Virus record (IMG/VR): IMGVR_UViG_3300031364_000001
Location: 1,007 to 65,006 of that record
DNA from: a virus
Lineage: Duplodnaviria; Caudoviricetes
Length of the DNA stretch: 64,000 nt
Direction: 5' to 3' (one strand)
The translations under genes and the position numbers were made by a program. Each line of letters begins with the position of its first letter. Positions within the stretch are counted from its first letter, which is position 1. Shown in pieces: positions 28,329-38,067 of this stretch. Below the pieces are notes generated by a model. The model was given only the letters and a program-made list of their open reading frames with translations. It did not search any database and was not told the origin of the DNA.

Positions 28329-28649
28329 TTAACTTTCTTTTTTTATTTCAAAATTTTCTGCTTCTGTTATTCTCTTAACAAACTCATAATCATTTTCTGT
28401 ATAACCTTTAAAAGCATCAATACTTTTTCTTATAATTTTATATTCTGCTTCTTCTAAAATAACTATTTCTTTTTCATCTTTAATTTTCTTCCAAATATCC
28501 ATTACTTCAAATAATTGAACAGCAGATAATTGTTGTCTTATATCAAATAAGATATTCTTAATTGAGCCTTTTACATCATAGTCAACAGAAACTTGACCAT
28601 CTTTTGTGTTTACATTAACTCTGTAATTATCTAAGTTAATTTTTTTCAT
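28329..28649 (-). CDS. hypothetical protein (possible fiber chaperone)
   Basis: Helical ORF after a fiber-like gene; ILEEAEY motif. Confidence 0.5.
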   Translation of the reverse strand: MKKINLDNYRVNVNTKDGQVSVDYDVKGSIKNILFDIRQQLSAVQLFEVMDIWKKIKDEKEIVILEEAEYKIIRKSIDAFKGYTENDYEFVKRITEAENFEIKKES

Positions 28650-28669
28650 TTTTTATTTCTCCTTTAATT

Positions 28670-29536
28670 TTATGAAATTGTTACTGCATTATATAAAGGA
28701 ATTAAAAGTGTTTTTGCTCCAATTATTACTACTAAACTACCATCACATGTAGCTGTTTGATTAGGAGTTGCTCTGGTTGCTCCTACACAACCTCCTTCGA
28801 CATCTGCATCAATCAAATTAGTATGATTGTCATCTGCTAATTGAATTATGTTTGTCCAACTTCCAGCAGTAGAACTTACATGTAATACACTTGTTCTTGT
28901 AATTGCATAATTTCCAGTAGTTACCTTAATTCCATATAAAGCACTTGCAGTAGAACTTTGAGTAATATCATTTATATTCAATGCTACTACCTCACAAGTA
29001 CCGGTTGCATTATGGTTAGTTTCTGCTCTTAATGCAGTCATACTACCACTATCATTCATTGTCGTGCCACTTCTATTTTTTACTGCAAAAACTCCACCTT
29101 CAAGATAAAAACTTCCTGCTCCCGTATCCCTACATTCAGCAGTAACTTCAATACCTCTTGTTCTACAATAATCTTCACTTGCCGATCTATTATATATTTG
29201 AACTTTTATAGCACAATCAGGATTCCCATCTGATGTTGTCATTATTGAAGTTGCAGGACGATTTCTATTTATGTAAATAGCTCCCTGTCTTGCTCCTTTT
29301 GTCAAATCTGTTACTGTTTCATTAATATCTATTGCTTTTACATTTTCAGTTGTAGTATCACTACCTACAGAAATTGATTCAAACACATCTGATGTTCCTG
29401 ATTCATCTGAAATATGAGCTGTTCCATGAAAACTTAATACTCCAGCATTACTTATTTCAATATAATCATCTCCGTATATATTACCAATTTTAGCACCGTT
29501 CAAATATGCTACTTTATTTTCTATTCCATCTGGCAT
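28670..29536 (-). CDS. putative head fiber / whisker protein
   Basis: Ser/Thr/Gly-rich beta repeats; C-terminal IPLY. Confidence 0.55.
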   Translation of the reverse strand: MPDGIENKVAYLNGAKIGNIYGDDYIEISNAGVLSFHGTAHISDESGTSDVFESISVGSDTTTENVKAIDINETVTDLTKGARQGAIYINRNRPATSIMTTSDGNPDCAIKVQIYNRSASEDYCRTRGIEVTAECRDTGAGSFYLEGGVFAVKNRSGTTMNDSGSMTALRAETNHNATGTCEVVALNINDITQSSTASALYGIKVTTGNYAITRTSVLHVSSTAGSWTNIIQLADDNHTNLIDADVEGGCVGATRATPNQTATCDGSLVVIIGAKTLLIPLYNAVTIS

Positions 29537-29554
29537 TTTTATTCCTCCTTTATT

Positions 29555-29920
29555 TTAATTTATATTAATCATAATTTTAATTTGAATTGTTACTGTTTTT
29601 ATGGCTGCTGGCCAACCATAATCAGAATACCATTGTAAAACACCATCATCATCAGTCCAACATTCTACAACCCCTATTTCTTCACCATAACTAAAACCAA
29701 CTTGTTGTGGTTTTACATTTTCGCCTTTTGGACGAAATTTTAAATTAACTATTTCAGATGGTTCTGCTTCATCTCCACTTAATATTTCGCAATATAATAA
29801 ACATTTTCCTAATTTATTACTTGTATACGCTGATAAATCTAAATCTTGCCATGTTTGATAATTTGTATCTGCATCAAGCTCAAATGTGCCAATAATAGCA
29901 TTATTTTTATTAATTCCCAT
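29555..29920 (-). CDS. putative virion protein
   Basis: WQDLDLS...FRPKG...TDDDG.LQW. Confidence 0.5.
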   Translation of the reverse strand: MGINKNNAIIGTFELDADTNYQTWQDLDLSAYTSNKLGKCLLYCEILSGDEAEPSEIVNLKFRPKGENVKPQQVGFSYGEEIGVVECWTDDDGVLQWYSDYGWPAAIKTVTIQIKIMININ

Positions 29921-30349
29921 TTATTCCTCCTCTTCATTATTTATATTTATTTCTACATTATTGTAATTAGCCACGCTAAAACCAACAATGTTTCCTGTTA
30001 TTAATCCTAATAATTCTAAACCGTATCTTGTCAATGCTAAATCTCCAGCTTTTTTCCCTGTAGTACCTGTTAAGGAGGATAAATTCCCAAAACTTATAGA
30101 AGTGTTACCCTCACTTTTTTGTGTTATTGCTCCTACTGCTCCACCTAATCCAGAAGTTACACCACCGGAGTTCATATCTGCTAAAGTTAACATGTGTGCA
30201 GTTCTTAATGCCACAGCATATGAAAAATTTACTCCAAATGCTTCTTCAGAAGTTCTTTGAGTAGCAATTGTTATCATATTTGTTAATCTGCTATCTACTG
30301 AATATTGAGGACTTATTATATCTATAATTTGTTTTACTGTTAATGACAT
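29921..30349 (-). CDS. head-tail adaptor (DUF4054-like)
   Basis: A.ALRTAH.L, SEG.TSISF, L..TRYG.EL; start re-called at MSLTV. Confidence 0.8.
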   Translation of the reverse strand: MSLTVKQIIDIISPQYSVDSRLTNMITIATQRTSEEAFGVNFSYAVALRTAHMLTLADMNSGGVTSGLGGAVGAITQKSEGNTSISFGNLSSLTGTTGKKAGDLALTRYGLELLGLITGNIVGFSVANYNNVEININNEEEE

Positions 30350-30786
30350 ATAAATCCCCATCTTATGAAATTTAGTTTTTGTGCTTGTATTTTTGATTGT
30401 CTTCTTACATTTTCACACAATCCATTATCCCAAGCATGTTTCATATTTTCTTTTCGAGTACAATATTCAAGATTCTCTAATCTATTATCTGTTTTTATAC
30501 CATTAATATGATTAACATCTAATTTAGAATATCCTTTAAAAGTCGATAAAATTAATCTATGCAAATTCCAATTTTTACGTTTGTTATTTTTATATAGATC
30601 AACTTGTACATATCCCGTCTTGTTATTTTGTTTAGTAGTTTTAAAATATTCTGGAATTAATTGTAAAGAATTTTTTCCATTTTTTTTATATCTCTCTAAA
30701 CTTTTAACTCTACCTAAATTAGATACTTGATATAGTCCCTCATATCCAAAAGCATCTTTCCAAATTTCAGCAACACTTAAACTCAT
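30340..30786 (-). CDS. NUMOD4-HNH homing endonuclease
   Basis: EIWKD..GYEGLYQVSNLGRVKS; HRL...VNHINGIKTDNRLENLE....EN..HA. Confidence 0.92.
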   Translation of the reverse strand: MSLSVAEIWKDAFGYEGLYQVSNLGRVKSLERYKKNGKNSLQLIPEYFKTTKQNNKTGYVQVDLYKNNKRKNWNLHRLILSTFKGYSKLDVNHINGIKTDNRLENLEYCTRKENMKHAWDNGLCENVRRQSKIQAQKLNFIRWGFICH

Positions 30787-30796
30787 TTATTTTTCC

Positions 30797-31204
30797 TTAT
30801 ACATGACCATTAGGTTTGCCGTATGTTTTAACATCCGTTATTTCATTTTTCTTTATTCCGTCAATTCTTTTTTCCATAATATACTTCAAAGAATTTTCCG
30901 GCTCTTCCATTATCCATTTTTCTAAAGTTTTAATATTATACGTATTATCTATAATATTCCTTCTTTCTTTTTCAGGAAGTTCTGCAAATTCAAAAAGTTC
31001 CTTATCATCTTTTTTAATTGATATTACTTGAATACCTTTTGGTAATTTATCAATATCATATAATTTAACTTTTACTTCACTATCATTCACTTTTCTCAAT
31101 TTGAATAAATTCTCCCATTCTTTTTGATCTACATCATTACACCCTGGTAATAATCGAAAGTCTTCTATTACTATTAATCTTTCATCGTTGTTTTTAATAA
31201 TCAT
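30797..31204 (-). CDS. hypothetical protein downstream of the capsid gene
   Basis: L.PG.N.V motif; synteny. Confidence 0.55.
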   Translation of the reverse strand: MIIKNNDERLIVIEDFRLLPGCNDVDQKEWENLFKLRKVNDSEVKVKLYDIDKLPKGIQVISIKKDDKELFEFAELPEKERRNIIDNTYNIKTLEKWIMEEPENSLKYIMEKRIDGIKKNEITDVKTYGKPNGHV

Positions 31205-31230
31205 TACGCTTCTCCTATTTTTTATTTAAT

Positions 31231-31256
31231 AGCGGATAAATAAATTATTACCCGCT
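31231..31256 (-). terminator. terminator after the major capsid gene
   Basis: AGCGGGTAA...TTATCCGCT hairpin. Confidence 0.55.
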
Positions 31257-31272
31257 TATTATTTATTTTAAA

Positions 31273-32253
31273 TTAAATTCCATAAGAATATGAAATTGAG
31301 AGTGGGAAGTACACGATAATTCCTCCAATTCTTGCTTCGGTCATTATATCAAATCCCAATCCTTTTATTTGAGGTGGTAATTGAGTATACATCATAGGAA
31401 TTTCTAATGTTAATGAATCTGGATTTTTAGAATACATTATCATTTTTGCTGTTGCGCCTACGCCTGCTGTATTTAACTCTGTTAACCACTCAATAGTTTT
31501 AATCATTGGGAAGTTATCCTTAATATAAGATAATACTGTTTTAGAATCACCATCAGTTACACGTCTTGTTGCTATATCCATATATTGTGAATGAGGCAAT
31601 AGCAATGTATCAGGCTCTTCTATACCGTTAGTAGTATCTGTTATTGCTAATAACATTCCTTTTACATCTTTGATTATTTCGTCTGGAGTTTTTGTTACCC
31701 ATGTTTGACTTCCTGCTGCTCCATTTGGTACTACATACTGAGTAGTACCTGGATAATCAATAAAACCATCAATGCTATGAGCTGCATCCCCTGAAAGTGC
31801 TATACTATTAACTTTTTCTTCATATCCTCTTTTTGCTGTATTTGCTTTTCTAACTTCTAAATTTTTACCTGACATTCTTGATCTTCTAATTTCTTGTCTT
31901 GAATAACCAAAAGAATCAGAAACAGTATAAACTTTTGATGAAAATTCCTCCCCGTATATATCAACTCTAGGAGAATTCTGAGCATAGTCAGAAACTATTG
32001 CTGCAGTACCCACTTGTGTATATCTTCTATAAGTAATTGTTTCTGCACCTGGATCAGCTTCAGAACTTATAGGAAACAAAGTGGCATATTTTAATGTTCT
32101 TTGTTTTGTATCATAACTTTTAGCTTTAATATATTCCAACTCTCTTACAAAAAATGCGGATTCACCAGCATCTTGTAATATACCAGAATTATTAACTCTA
32201 TCAAAAGTCATTTTATCGACTTCTATTCCATCTATAATTATTTTATCACTCAT
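31273..32253 (-). CDS. major capsid protein (DUF2184 family, HK97 fold)
   Basis: F..RELEYI, W..KTPDEI..D, PDTLLLP, R.GG...YFP. Confidence 0.92.
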   Translation of the reverse strand: MSDKIIIDGIEVDKMTFDRVNNSGILQDAGESAFFVRELEYIKAKSYDTKQRTLKYATLFPISSEADPGAETITYRRYTQVGTAAIVSDYAQNSPRVDIYGEEFSSKVYTVSDSFGYSRQEIRRSRMSGKNLEVRKANTAKRGYEEKVNSIALSGDAAHSIDGFIDYPGTTQYVVPNGAAGSQTWVTKTPDEIIKDVKGMLLAITDTTNGIEEPDTLLLPHSQYMDIATRRVTDGDSKTVLSYIKDNFPMIKTIEWLTELNTAGVGATAKMIMYSKNPDSLTLEIPMMYTQLPPQIKGLGFDIMTEARIGGIIVYFPLSISYSYGI

Positions 32254-32266
32254 CTATTTTTCCTCC

Positions 32267-33058
32267 TTATGCCCAAGTCTTTTCTGAATATGGTTTGTAT
32301 CTACCATTAACTTCTATCTTTGTAATTGTAGTAGAAGTTTGTACAGTAATATTATTACTTCTTGCTTTTGTTGCTACTGTTTTTCCTGCTGTTGCAGTTT
32401 GTCTTCCAAGAGTAACACCAGAAGTAACAGACATATACAATGCCTGTAAATCTGAAATTGTACCTGTACTTAATGCCCAAATAACACCCTTACTTACTAT
32501 ATTCGGATTTTCGTATTGTTCGTATTTTGCCGAACCTGCTGTACTTAGATTTTTCTGACTAAAAGCAGCTATTCCCAAAAATACTTGATCTGTTTCATAA
32601 GTAATAGCAGCATTTGGAATTGTAGCAACTTTTTCAGTTACACTTACTGTAATAGTAGAAGCCTTTGTTCTAATATATAACGTTCTATTATCAGAATCTT
32701 CTGTCGCATCTGCTTCATATACATCTACATCTGTTAATGCTCCAATTGCTGCAATTAACAAATTCATTGTATTTGCATGACTTGAAGCATATGTAACTGT
32801 TGCTGTTTCTACCCCATTAACTGTTATTGATAATGCATCCGTGCCATCAAAATCTGCATCAAATACTATTTTTGCAGTATCTAATATAATTGGATAACAC
32901 TCTTCATCATCTCCTATATAACCCATTACTGGAGCCCCAAATGCTATACCGTTAGAATCTTGACAAGCTCTATCACCGTCAATTTTCAAATCTTCCTGTA
33001 TACCTTCTGCAATAAGACCTGCTACTGCAGCTTCAATTGTATCATATTGTCCTGCCAT
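32267..33058 (-). CDS. capsid cement / decoration protein
   Basis: A.AGLI, I.FG.PV, F.GIA, G.IW; directly upstream of the capsid gene. Confidence 0.7.
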   Translation of the reverse strand: MAGQYDTIEAAVAGLIAEGIQEDLKIDGDRACQDSNGIAFGAPVMGYIGDDEECYPIILDTAKIVFDADFDGTDALSITVNGVETATVTYASSHANTMNLLIAAIGALTDVDVYEADATEDSDNRTLYIRTKASTITVSVTEKVATIPNAAITYETDQVFLGIAAFSQKNLSTAGSAKYEQYENPNIVSKGVIWALSTGTISDLQALYMSVTSGVTLGRQTATAGKTVATKARSNNITVQTSTTITKIEVNGRYKPYSEKTWA

Positions 33059-33059
33059 A

Positions 33060-34835
33060 TTATTTTACCTCCTCATCTAAAATTTTTTTCATATCTTCAT
33101 CAATTATACCTTCACGATATTTTTTTCCTTGTTCTGAATCAAGTTTCCAAGCGTTCTTTATACGTCTATTTCTTAATTCATCTGCATCAACTTTATCTGT
33201 TTTAGAAGGTTGAATATTTAATATTTTTTCTTTATTATCTGCAACTACACTTTTATTTAAAGTGATTATTGCCGCATCAAATACAGAACTAATATAATTT
33301 TCATCTTTATCTTCTAAATTCATATCTGCGTATGCTTTTTTAATAACTTCTTTTTTAATTTCTAAATTATTCATATCTTCTTTGATTTCAAGTCCGAATT
33401 TTACTGCCGTATCTACAATAGTAATTCTATCTTTTACAGCGTTGTCAATTTTTATAGGAATTTCTTTTTCAAGTTTTTCTTTGTCTTCTTTTAGTTTTGC
33501 ATTATCAGCAACCAAAGAATCATATTTGCCTTGAAGTGTAGATAATTCTTGATTTTTTGATTTCAATGATTTATCCAAATCTTCATTTGTCTTTTTGATA
33601 ATATTAAATTCGTCTTCAACTCTTTTGTCTACTTCAAATTCAACATTATCATTCAATCTAATTTTTGCCATTGTTTTATTCTCCTTTTTAGGCTGAGTGT
33701 TATTGTCCCCGACTACATCGGAATTTATATAAACAGCATCATTGCTATCCATTCTTAATTTAAGTTTTGCTAAATCTCCTGCTCTACCCCTATCAACTAT
33801 TGCTATATGATTATATTTTATATTTTTTTGAACTGCATCATATTGATTATTACCATAAGCAAAACCTGATCGCATTTCAAGATCAGCAGCATAACCGCAA
33901 CTTAATGCAATTTTGCCTTCTTTCTCAATTTTCTCTATTGTCTTTCCATCTGTAATAGTAATTGGAATAGAAGTTGTCATGCCATCAAATCTTACATTCT
34001 CCCCTGTAAAACCTACCTGTAATTCTTTAGCATTATCTGCATTTACAGAACCATTTGGAGCAATATCTCCTTTTGGATGATTATCTGTCATTACTTGCAT
34101 TATAAGACTATCTAAAGTTTCTTGATTCCCTATATCTTCTGGAGTTCTTAATTCTCTTAATATAGAACCATCTGATTGGATGTAATTAAAAATACCTGTA
34201 TTAGTTACTATTGCTCTACCTTTAAGATATCCTTCTGGAGTTTTTCTAAAAGGCTCTACCATATTGTCTTCTGTTAATTCAAATACATCAAATCTATTAA
34301 CAGAATCTATTTTATCAACTTTATTTTTTATAATAGCTTCATGTTCCCAATTAGAATCAATTTTTATAAAATCTTTACTCCATTTACCTTCTTTATTTTT
34401 TTTATATCCTGCTTCTTTTACTGCATTCCAAGCAATGGAAGCAGCTTTAATTTTATTTTCTTTATTTTCCGGATCATTAGGATGTTCTTTTACCCATTGT
34501 TTTCTAATATTTGCGTATGTATGTATTAATATTGTGACTGCTTCTTTTGGCATATTGGCAGGATAAGGAGGAGGGATAAACCCTATTACTTTTTTTTCTG
34601 AATCATAAATTATATCAGATTCATCTTTTTTATTTTTACAAACATCTTCATGTTCTTTTTCTAATTCTTCTACTATATCTTTTATACTATCATCTATATC
34701 TTCTGGGAATTTACCTTTACCAATTGCTATTGCTTGTTTAATTGCTTCTTTTTTTGCATTCTTACCAATAAAGCATTTACCATTTCCCCAAGACCATCCC
34801 TCTTGACCATTTTCTGTACATTTTTTAATAGGCAT
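33060..34835 (-). CDS. prohead protease / scaffold (DUF2213) with N-terminal ChaB-like domain
   Basis: TPEGYL, T.NHP, LSCGY, NHIAIV.RGRAG; AWNAVK.GYKK...GKW. Confidence 0.88.
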   Translation of the reverse strand: MPIKKCTENGQEGWSWGNGKCFIGKNAKKEAIKQAIAIGKGKFPEDIDDSIKDIVEELEKEHEDVCKNKKDESDIIYDSEKKVIGFIPPPYPANMPKEAVTILIHTYANIRKQWVKEHPNDPENKENKIKAASIAWNAVKEAGYKKNKEGKWSKDFIKIDSNWEHEAIIKNKVDKIDSVNRFDVFELTEDNMVEPFRKTPEGYLKGRAIVTNTGIFNYIQSDGSILRELRTPEDIGNQETLDSLIMQVMTDNHPKGDIAPNGSVNADNAKELQVGFTGENVRFDGMTTSIPITITDGKTIEKIEKEGKIALSCGYAADLEMRSGFAYGNNQYDAVQKNIKYNHIAIVDRGRAGDLAKLKLRMDSNDAVYINSDVVGDNNTQPKKENKTMAKIRLNDNVEFEVDKRVEDEFNIIKKTNEDLDKSLKSKNQELSTLQGKYDSLVADNAKLKEDKEKLEKEIPIKIDNAVKDRITIVDTAVKFGLEIKEDMNNLEIKKEVIKKAYADMNLEDKDENYISSVFDAAIITLNKSVVADNKEKILNIQPSKTDKVDADELRNRRIKNAWKLDSEQGKKYREGIIDEDMKKILDEEVK

Positions 34836-34837
34836 AA

Positions 34838-35050
34838 TTATTTACTCCATGTATAAGTTTTAAATTTTTGAGGATAATAAGAAAACCACCAACCAGTCAA
34901 TGGTAAAACAAAATATAAAATTCCTATTATTTGATATTTTTCATTTCTTAAAAAACGAATAAAAAACCATTGTATTAAAAAGAAATTTAAAAATCCTATC
35001 CATGTTTTAACTGGTATAATTTTATATAAAATATTTTTTATAATTTCCAA
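34838..35050 (-). CDS. small membrane protein
   Basis: Hydrophobic and aromatic ORF. Confidence 0.45.
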   Translation of the reverse strand: MEIIKNILYKIIPVKTWIGFLNFFLIQWFFIRFLRNEKYQIIGILYFVLPLTGWWFSYYPQKFKTYTWSK

Positions 35051-35073
35051 TTTTCTACTTCCTTAAATAAATA

Positions 35074-35123
35074 AAAAAGCCGGCATCAAACCTACAATTT
35101 TTTATGTAGATTCAATGTCGGCT
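35074..35123 (-). terminator. long intrinsic terminator
   Basis: GCCGACATTGAATCTACA...TGTAGGTTTGATGCCGGC-TTTTTT. Confidence 0.7.
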
Positions 35124-35389
35124 CAATTAATTATGAAACACCTGACATCATTATTAACAATCTTATTTGTTGTTAATAATTTTTAAAAAATATATATTAA
35201 AAGGAGCTTATTATTTATTATAATATATATTTTAAAATAAATAAAGTAAAATATTAATTTTCTTTTAATAAATTTATATAATTTTCTATATTTGTTCTTT
35301 TCATTTCTCTTAATATTTCTATATCTATTCCCATTTCATAAGCAACAATTTCTTCTAATAATCTATTCATTTTTACCTCCTTATTATTT

Positions 35390-35968
35390 TTAAAATAAAA
35401 ACTTTATTTGTAAAATAATACCCCCACCATCAAACATAATTGAGTTATTATTTCTAATAGTCATTATTTTAGTATATCCACCAATACCTAATCCTAAAGT
35501 TAATAATTTTAAATTAAAATATTTATTTATAGTAGCACCTGCATATATTTCTGGACAAAATTCAGAATTTATTCCTCCGAATGCTAATAAATCTATTCCC
35601 CATTTAATTTCATTGCTTGCTAATTTAATTGCTTCTTCATACTGCTTTTTATATTTTTCAGATTGATCTTTATATTTTTCTGCTAATTTAATTACATCAT
35701 CTTTTTGTTTTAATACTTTTTCATATTCTTTTATTTTTTTATTATCTTTTAAATATATAAATTCTTTTACTGTTTTTGATTTTATTTTTTTTAATTCTTC
35801 TAATTCTTTATTTAATTCTATTTGTTTATCATTTAATATTTTTTGTTTACTATTTAATTCTTGTATTTTTTTATTTTTATATATTCTATAACAAAAAATA
35901 AAAGCTATTGAACATAATATTAAAATAATTAACGCTATTATGCTTATATTCTTAATCTTTTGTATCAT
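35390..35968 (-). CDS. putative spanin-like protein
   Basis: N-terminal TM, coiled coil, C-terminal amphipathic beta strands ending in Phe; next to the holin. Confidence 0.5.
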   Translation of the reverse strand: MIQKIKNISIIALIILILCSIAFIFCYRIYKNKKIQELNSKQKILNDKQIELNKELEELKKIKSKTVKEFIYLKDNKKIKEYEKVLKQKDDVIKLAEKYKDQSEKYKKQYEEAIKLASNEIKWGIDLLAFGGINSEFCPEIYAGATINKYFNLKLLTLGLGIGGYTKIMTIRNNNSIMFDGGGIILQIKFLF

Positions 35969-36185
35969 TTATTCCTCCTTTATATTTTTTTATTGCTCCT
36001 GATCCAAATACAGCACCCCATACAATACTAAACACTCCAAATATAATCAAATCTAATTTATACAAAAATTCAATGTTTATTTCAGGTTTAAAAATAATTA
36101 TAAATCTATCAATAGAAAGAGAAATTAATAAATAAAATAATATAATTAATCCTAACCATTTTCCCAGAGTATTTTTTTTCTTCAT
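35952..36185 (-). CDS. putative holin
   Basis: Two TM helices with charged termini. Confidence 0.55.
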   Translation of the reverse strand: MKKKNTLGKWLGLIILFYLLISLSIDRFIIIFKPEINIEFLYKLDLIIFGVFSIVWGAVFGSGAIKKYKGGINDTKD

Positions 36186-36195
36186 TTTTTATTCC

Positions 36196-36477
36196 TTATA
36201 CCAATTTAGAATTCTTATCATTATCAGTAGCAATAAAATCCCCTATCATTTCTTTAAATTCAAACATTAAAAAATTTGCTGCATCAACTAAATATTCTGC
36301 GTTACCTGTTTTTTTATATAAACTAATTCTATATTCTGCATTTTTTAATTCATCACGACTATTAGTTAATACATTGCTTTTAGTCTTTTTTAAATCCCCA
36401 TATTTACTATTAGAAGTCATTATCCTGTTTTTCATTTTTTGAATAAAATCCCAACTCCAAGCATTCTCCCATGCCAT
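36196..36477 (-). CDS. conserved phage protein, possible nucleotide pyrophosphohydrolase
   Basis: F...M.NR.....KYG...Y..TGN.EYLVDAANF.M.EF. Confidence 0.45.
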   Translation of the reverse strand: MAWENAWSWDFIQKMKNRIMTSNSKYGDLKKTKSNVLTNSRDELKNAEYRISLYKKTGNAEYLVDAANFLMFEFKEMIGDFIATDNDKNSKLV

Positions 36478-36480
36478 ATT

Positions 36481-36834
36481 TTACTCCTTTATTTCCTCTA
36501 TATTTAAATAAACTGGTATATCTAATTCCCATGCTAAATTTTTTTCTTTTATTGCACCACGTGAATCTCTCCAATTCTCCATCATTAAAATACCATCACA
36601 TCTTTTTAACATTTCTGCAGTACCTTCTAACCAATAATTATAATTAATTCCATCTAAACAAGCCTCATAAATTTCAAAATGAGCTGTGTTTAAATGTGGC
36701 GTTACTGGATAAAATCCTTGTTTGCCTCTCTTTGCTACTAATTCAATTGCAACTGCTTCTGCTTTTTTAATATTATCATCAATTTCACTAAAAGTTTTGC
36801 CAGTATATTTACCGGCAATATAAATTAATTTCAT
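36481..36834 (-). CDS. DUF4406 / nucleoside 2-deoxyribosyltransferase-like protein
   Basis: IYIAG.Y, PHLN, RCD.I.M...W..S.GA..E...A. Confidence 0.75.
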   Translation of the reverse strand: MKLIYIAGKYTGKTFSEIDDNIKKAEAVAIELVAKRGKQGFYPVTPHLNTAHFEIYEACLDGINYNYWLEGTAEMLKRCDGILMMENWRDSRGAIKEKNLAWELDIPVYLNIEEIKE

Positions 36835-37012
36835 AAATTTTTCCTTATATAAAATCTATTAAAAAAATACCACATTTTGGACATCTAAAATTATTTATAT
36901 ATTCAATTATACGTACTAATTGTAAACAATCACAATTTGAACATTGAAATAATACATAATCATCATCCCCTGCTGTATTTTTCATGCTGCATTTCCTTTT
37001 ATTATTCATATT

Positions 37013-37204
37013 TTATCCTTCATGATTTATATTTAATTTATCATGTTCAAATTTTATAAAAGGCCTTTCTGTTATAATTCTTTTATTTTTTTCTGTTTTA
37101 ATATCTACATAAGATTTTTTTCTATTAATCTTAATAGTAATTTCTCCAAAACTAACTTTTCTAATTTCTTTTAGTATTTCTTCTTCTGTATTTTTATCAA
37201 TCAT
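37013..37204 (-). CDS. small YezD/DUF2292-like protein
   Basis: I..V.FGEITIK. Confidence 0.4.
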   Translation of the reverse strand: MIDKNTEEEILKEIRKVSFGEITIKINRKKSYVDIKTEKNKRIITERPFIKFEHDKLNINHEG

Positions 37205-37950
37205 TTAATACTCTCCTTATAGTTATTTATTATAATATCTGAATAAATTTTTCTATTATTATCTAAATAAACCACTTTTTTTAGATACTCTATATTATTA
37301 TTAAAAGCTTCTATAATAGATTCCCCACAATTATAACAAAGTAATGCTTTATCCATATCACCTTTGTAAAATTCTAAATAAGTAGTCATTAAATAAAAAT
37401 AATAATCAGTTTGAAATTCTAAACTTTTAGTAAATTGATCTTCTGTTAATTTATATAACCTACATGCTTCTTTTACTTTTAACGGATGAAATTGATATAA
37501 TCCTTTTTCTCCTACTTTTCCTAATGCTTCTTCATCAAAATTACTTTCTTGTTTTATATGATATAAAGTAAAATCCGGTTTTAAATAAAATTTATCTCTA
37601 TACTCTAAACTTTTTGAAAATATTAAACCTAAAAATTGTATTTTTCTTTCGTCTGTCATTTTAGAATTTTTTAACATTTTTATATTATTAGATATAAAAT
37701 CTCTAATTTCTACTTGCAATAAGTTAGATTTTTTTAATATTTGTATTTGCTTTTCTAAATTATTATAATTATTTAAATTTATTTTAATAAATATTAAAAC
37801 AAATATTAAAATGCATAAAATAATAAAAGCACTAATACCAAAAGGTATTAAATAATTTAATTTTAATTTAAATTTTCTTTTTTTATAATTTCTTTTAGAT
37901 ATAACTTTATTTTTTGTATTTAATATTTTTGATATTTCTTTTTTTTGCAA
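37201..37950 (-). CDS. membrane-anchored lytic transglycosylase (SLT)
   Basis: QESNF, G..GLYQ, AL.CYNCG; N-terminal TM. Confidence 0.8.
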   Translation of the reverse strand: MQKKEISKILNTKNKVISKRNYKKRKFKLKLNYLIPFGISAFIILCILIFVLIFIKINLNNYNNLEKQIQILKKSNLLQVEIRDFISNNIKMLKNSKMTDERKIQFLGLIFSKSLEYRDKFYLKPDFTLYHIKQESNFDEEALGKVGEKGLYQFHPLKVKEACRLYKLTEDQFTKSLEFQTDYYFYLMTTYLEFYKGDMDKALLCYNCGESIIEAFNNNIEYLKKVVYLDNNRKIYSDIIINNYKESIK

Positions 37951-38067
37951 TTAATACCTCCAATTATCAAAATTTGTTAATATATCAATTATTTCTTTTA
38001 TTTTTTTTATTTCTATCCATATCATTTTAAAAAATTTTTTTATTATTTTAATTAAATTTTTCATTTT

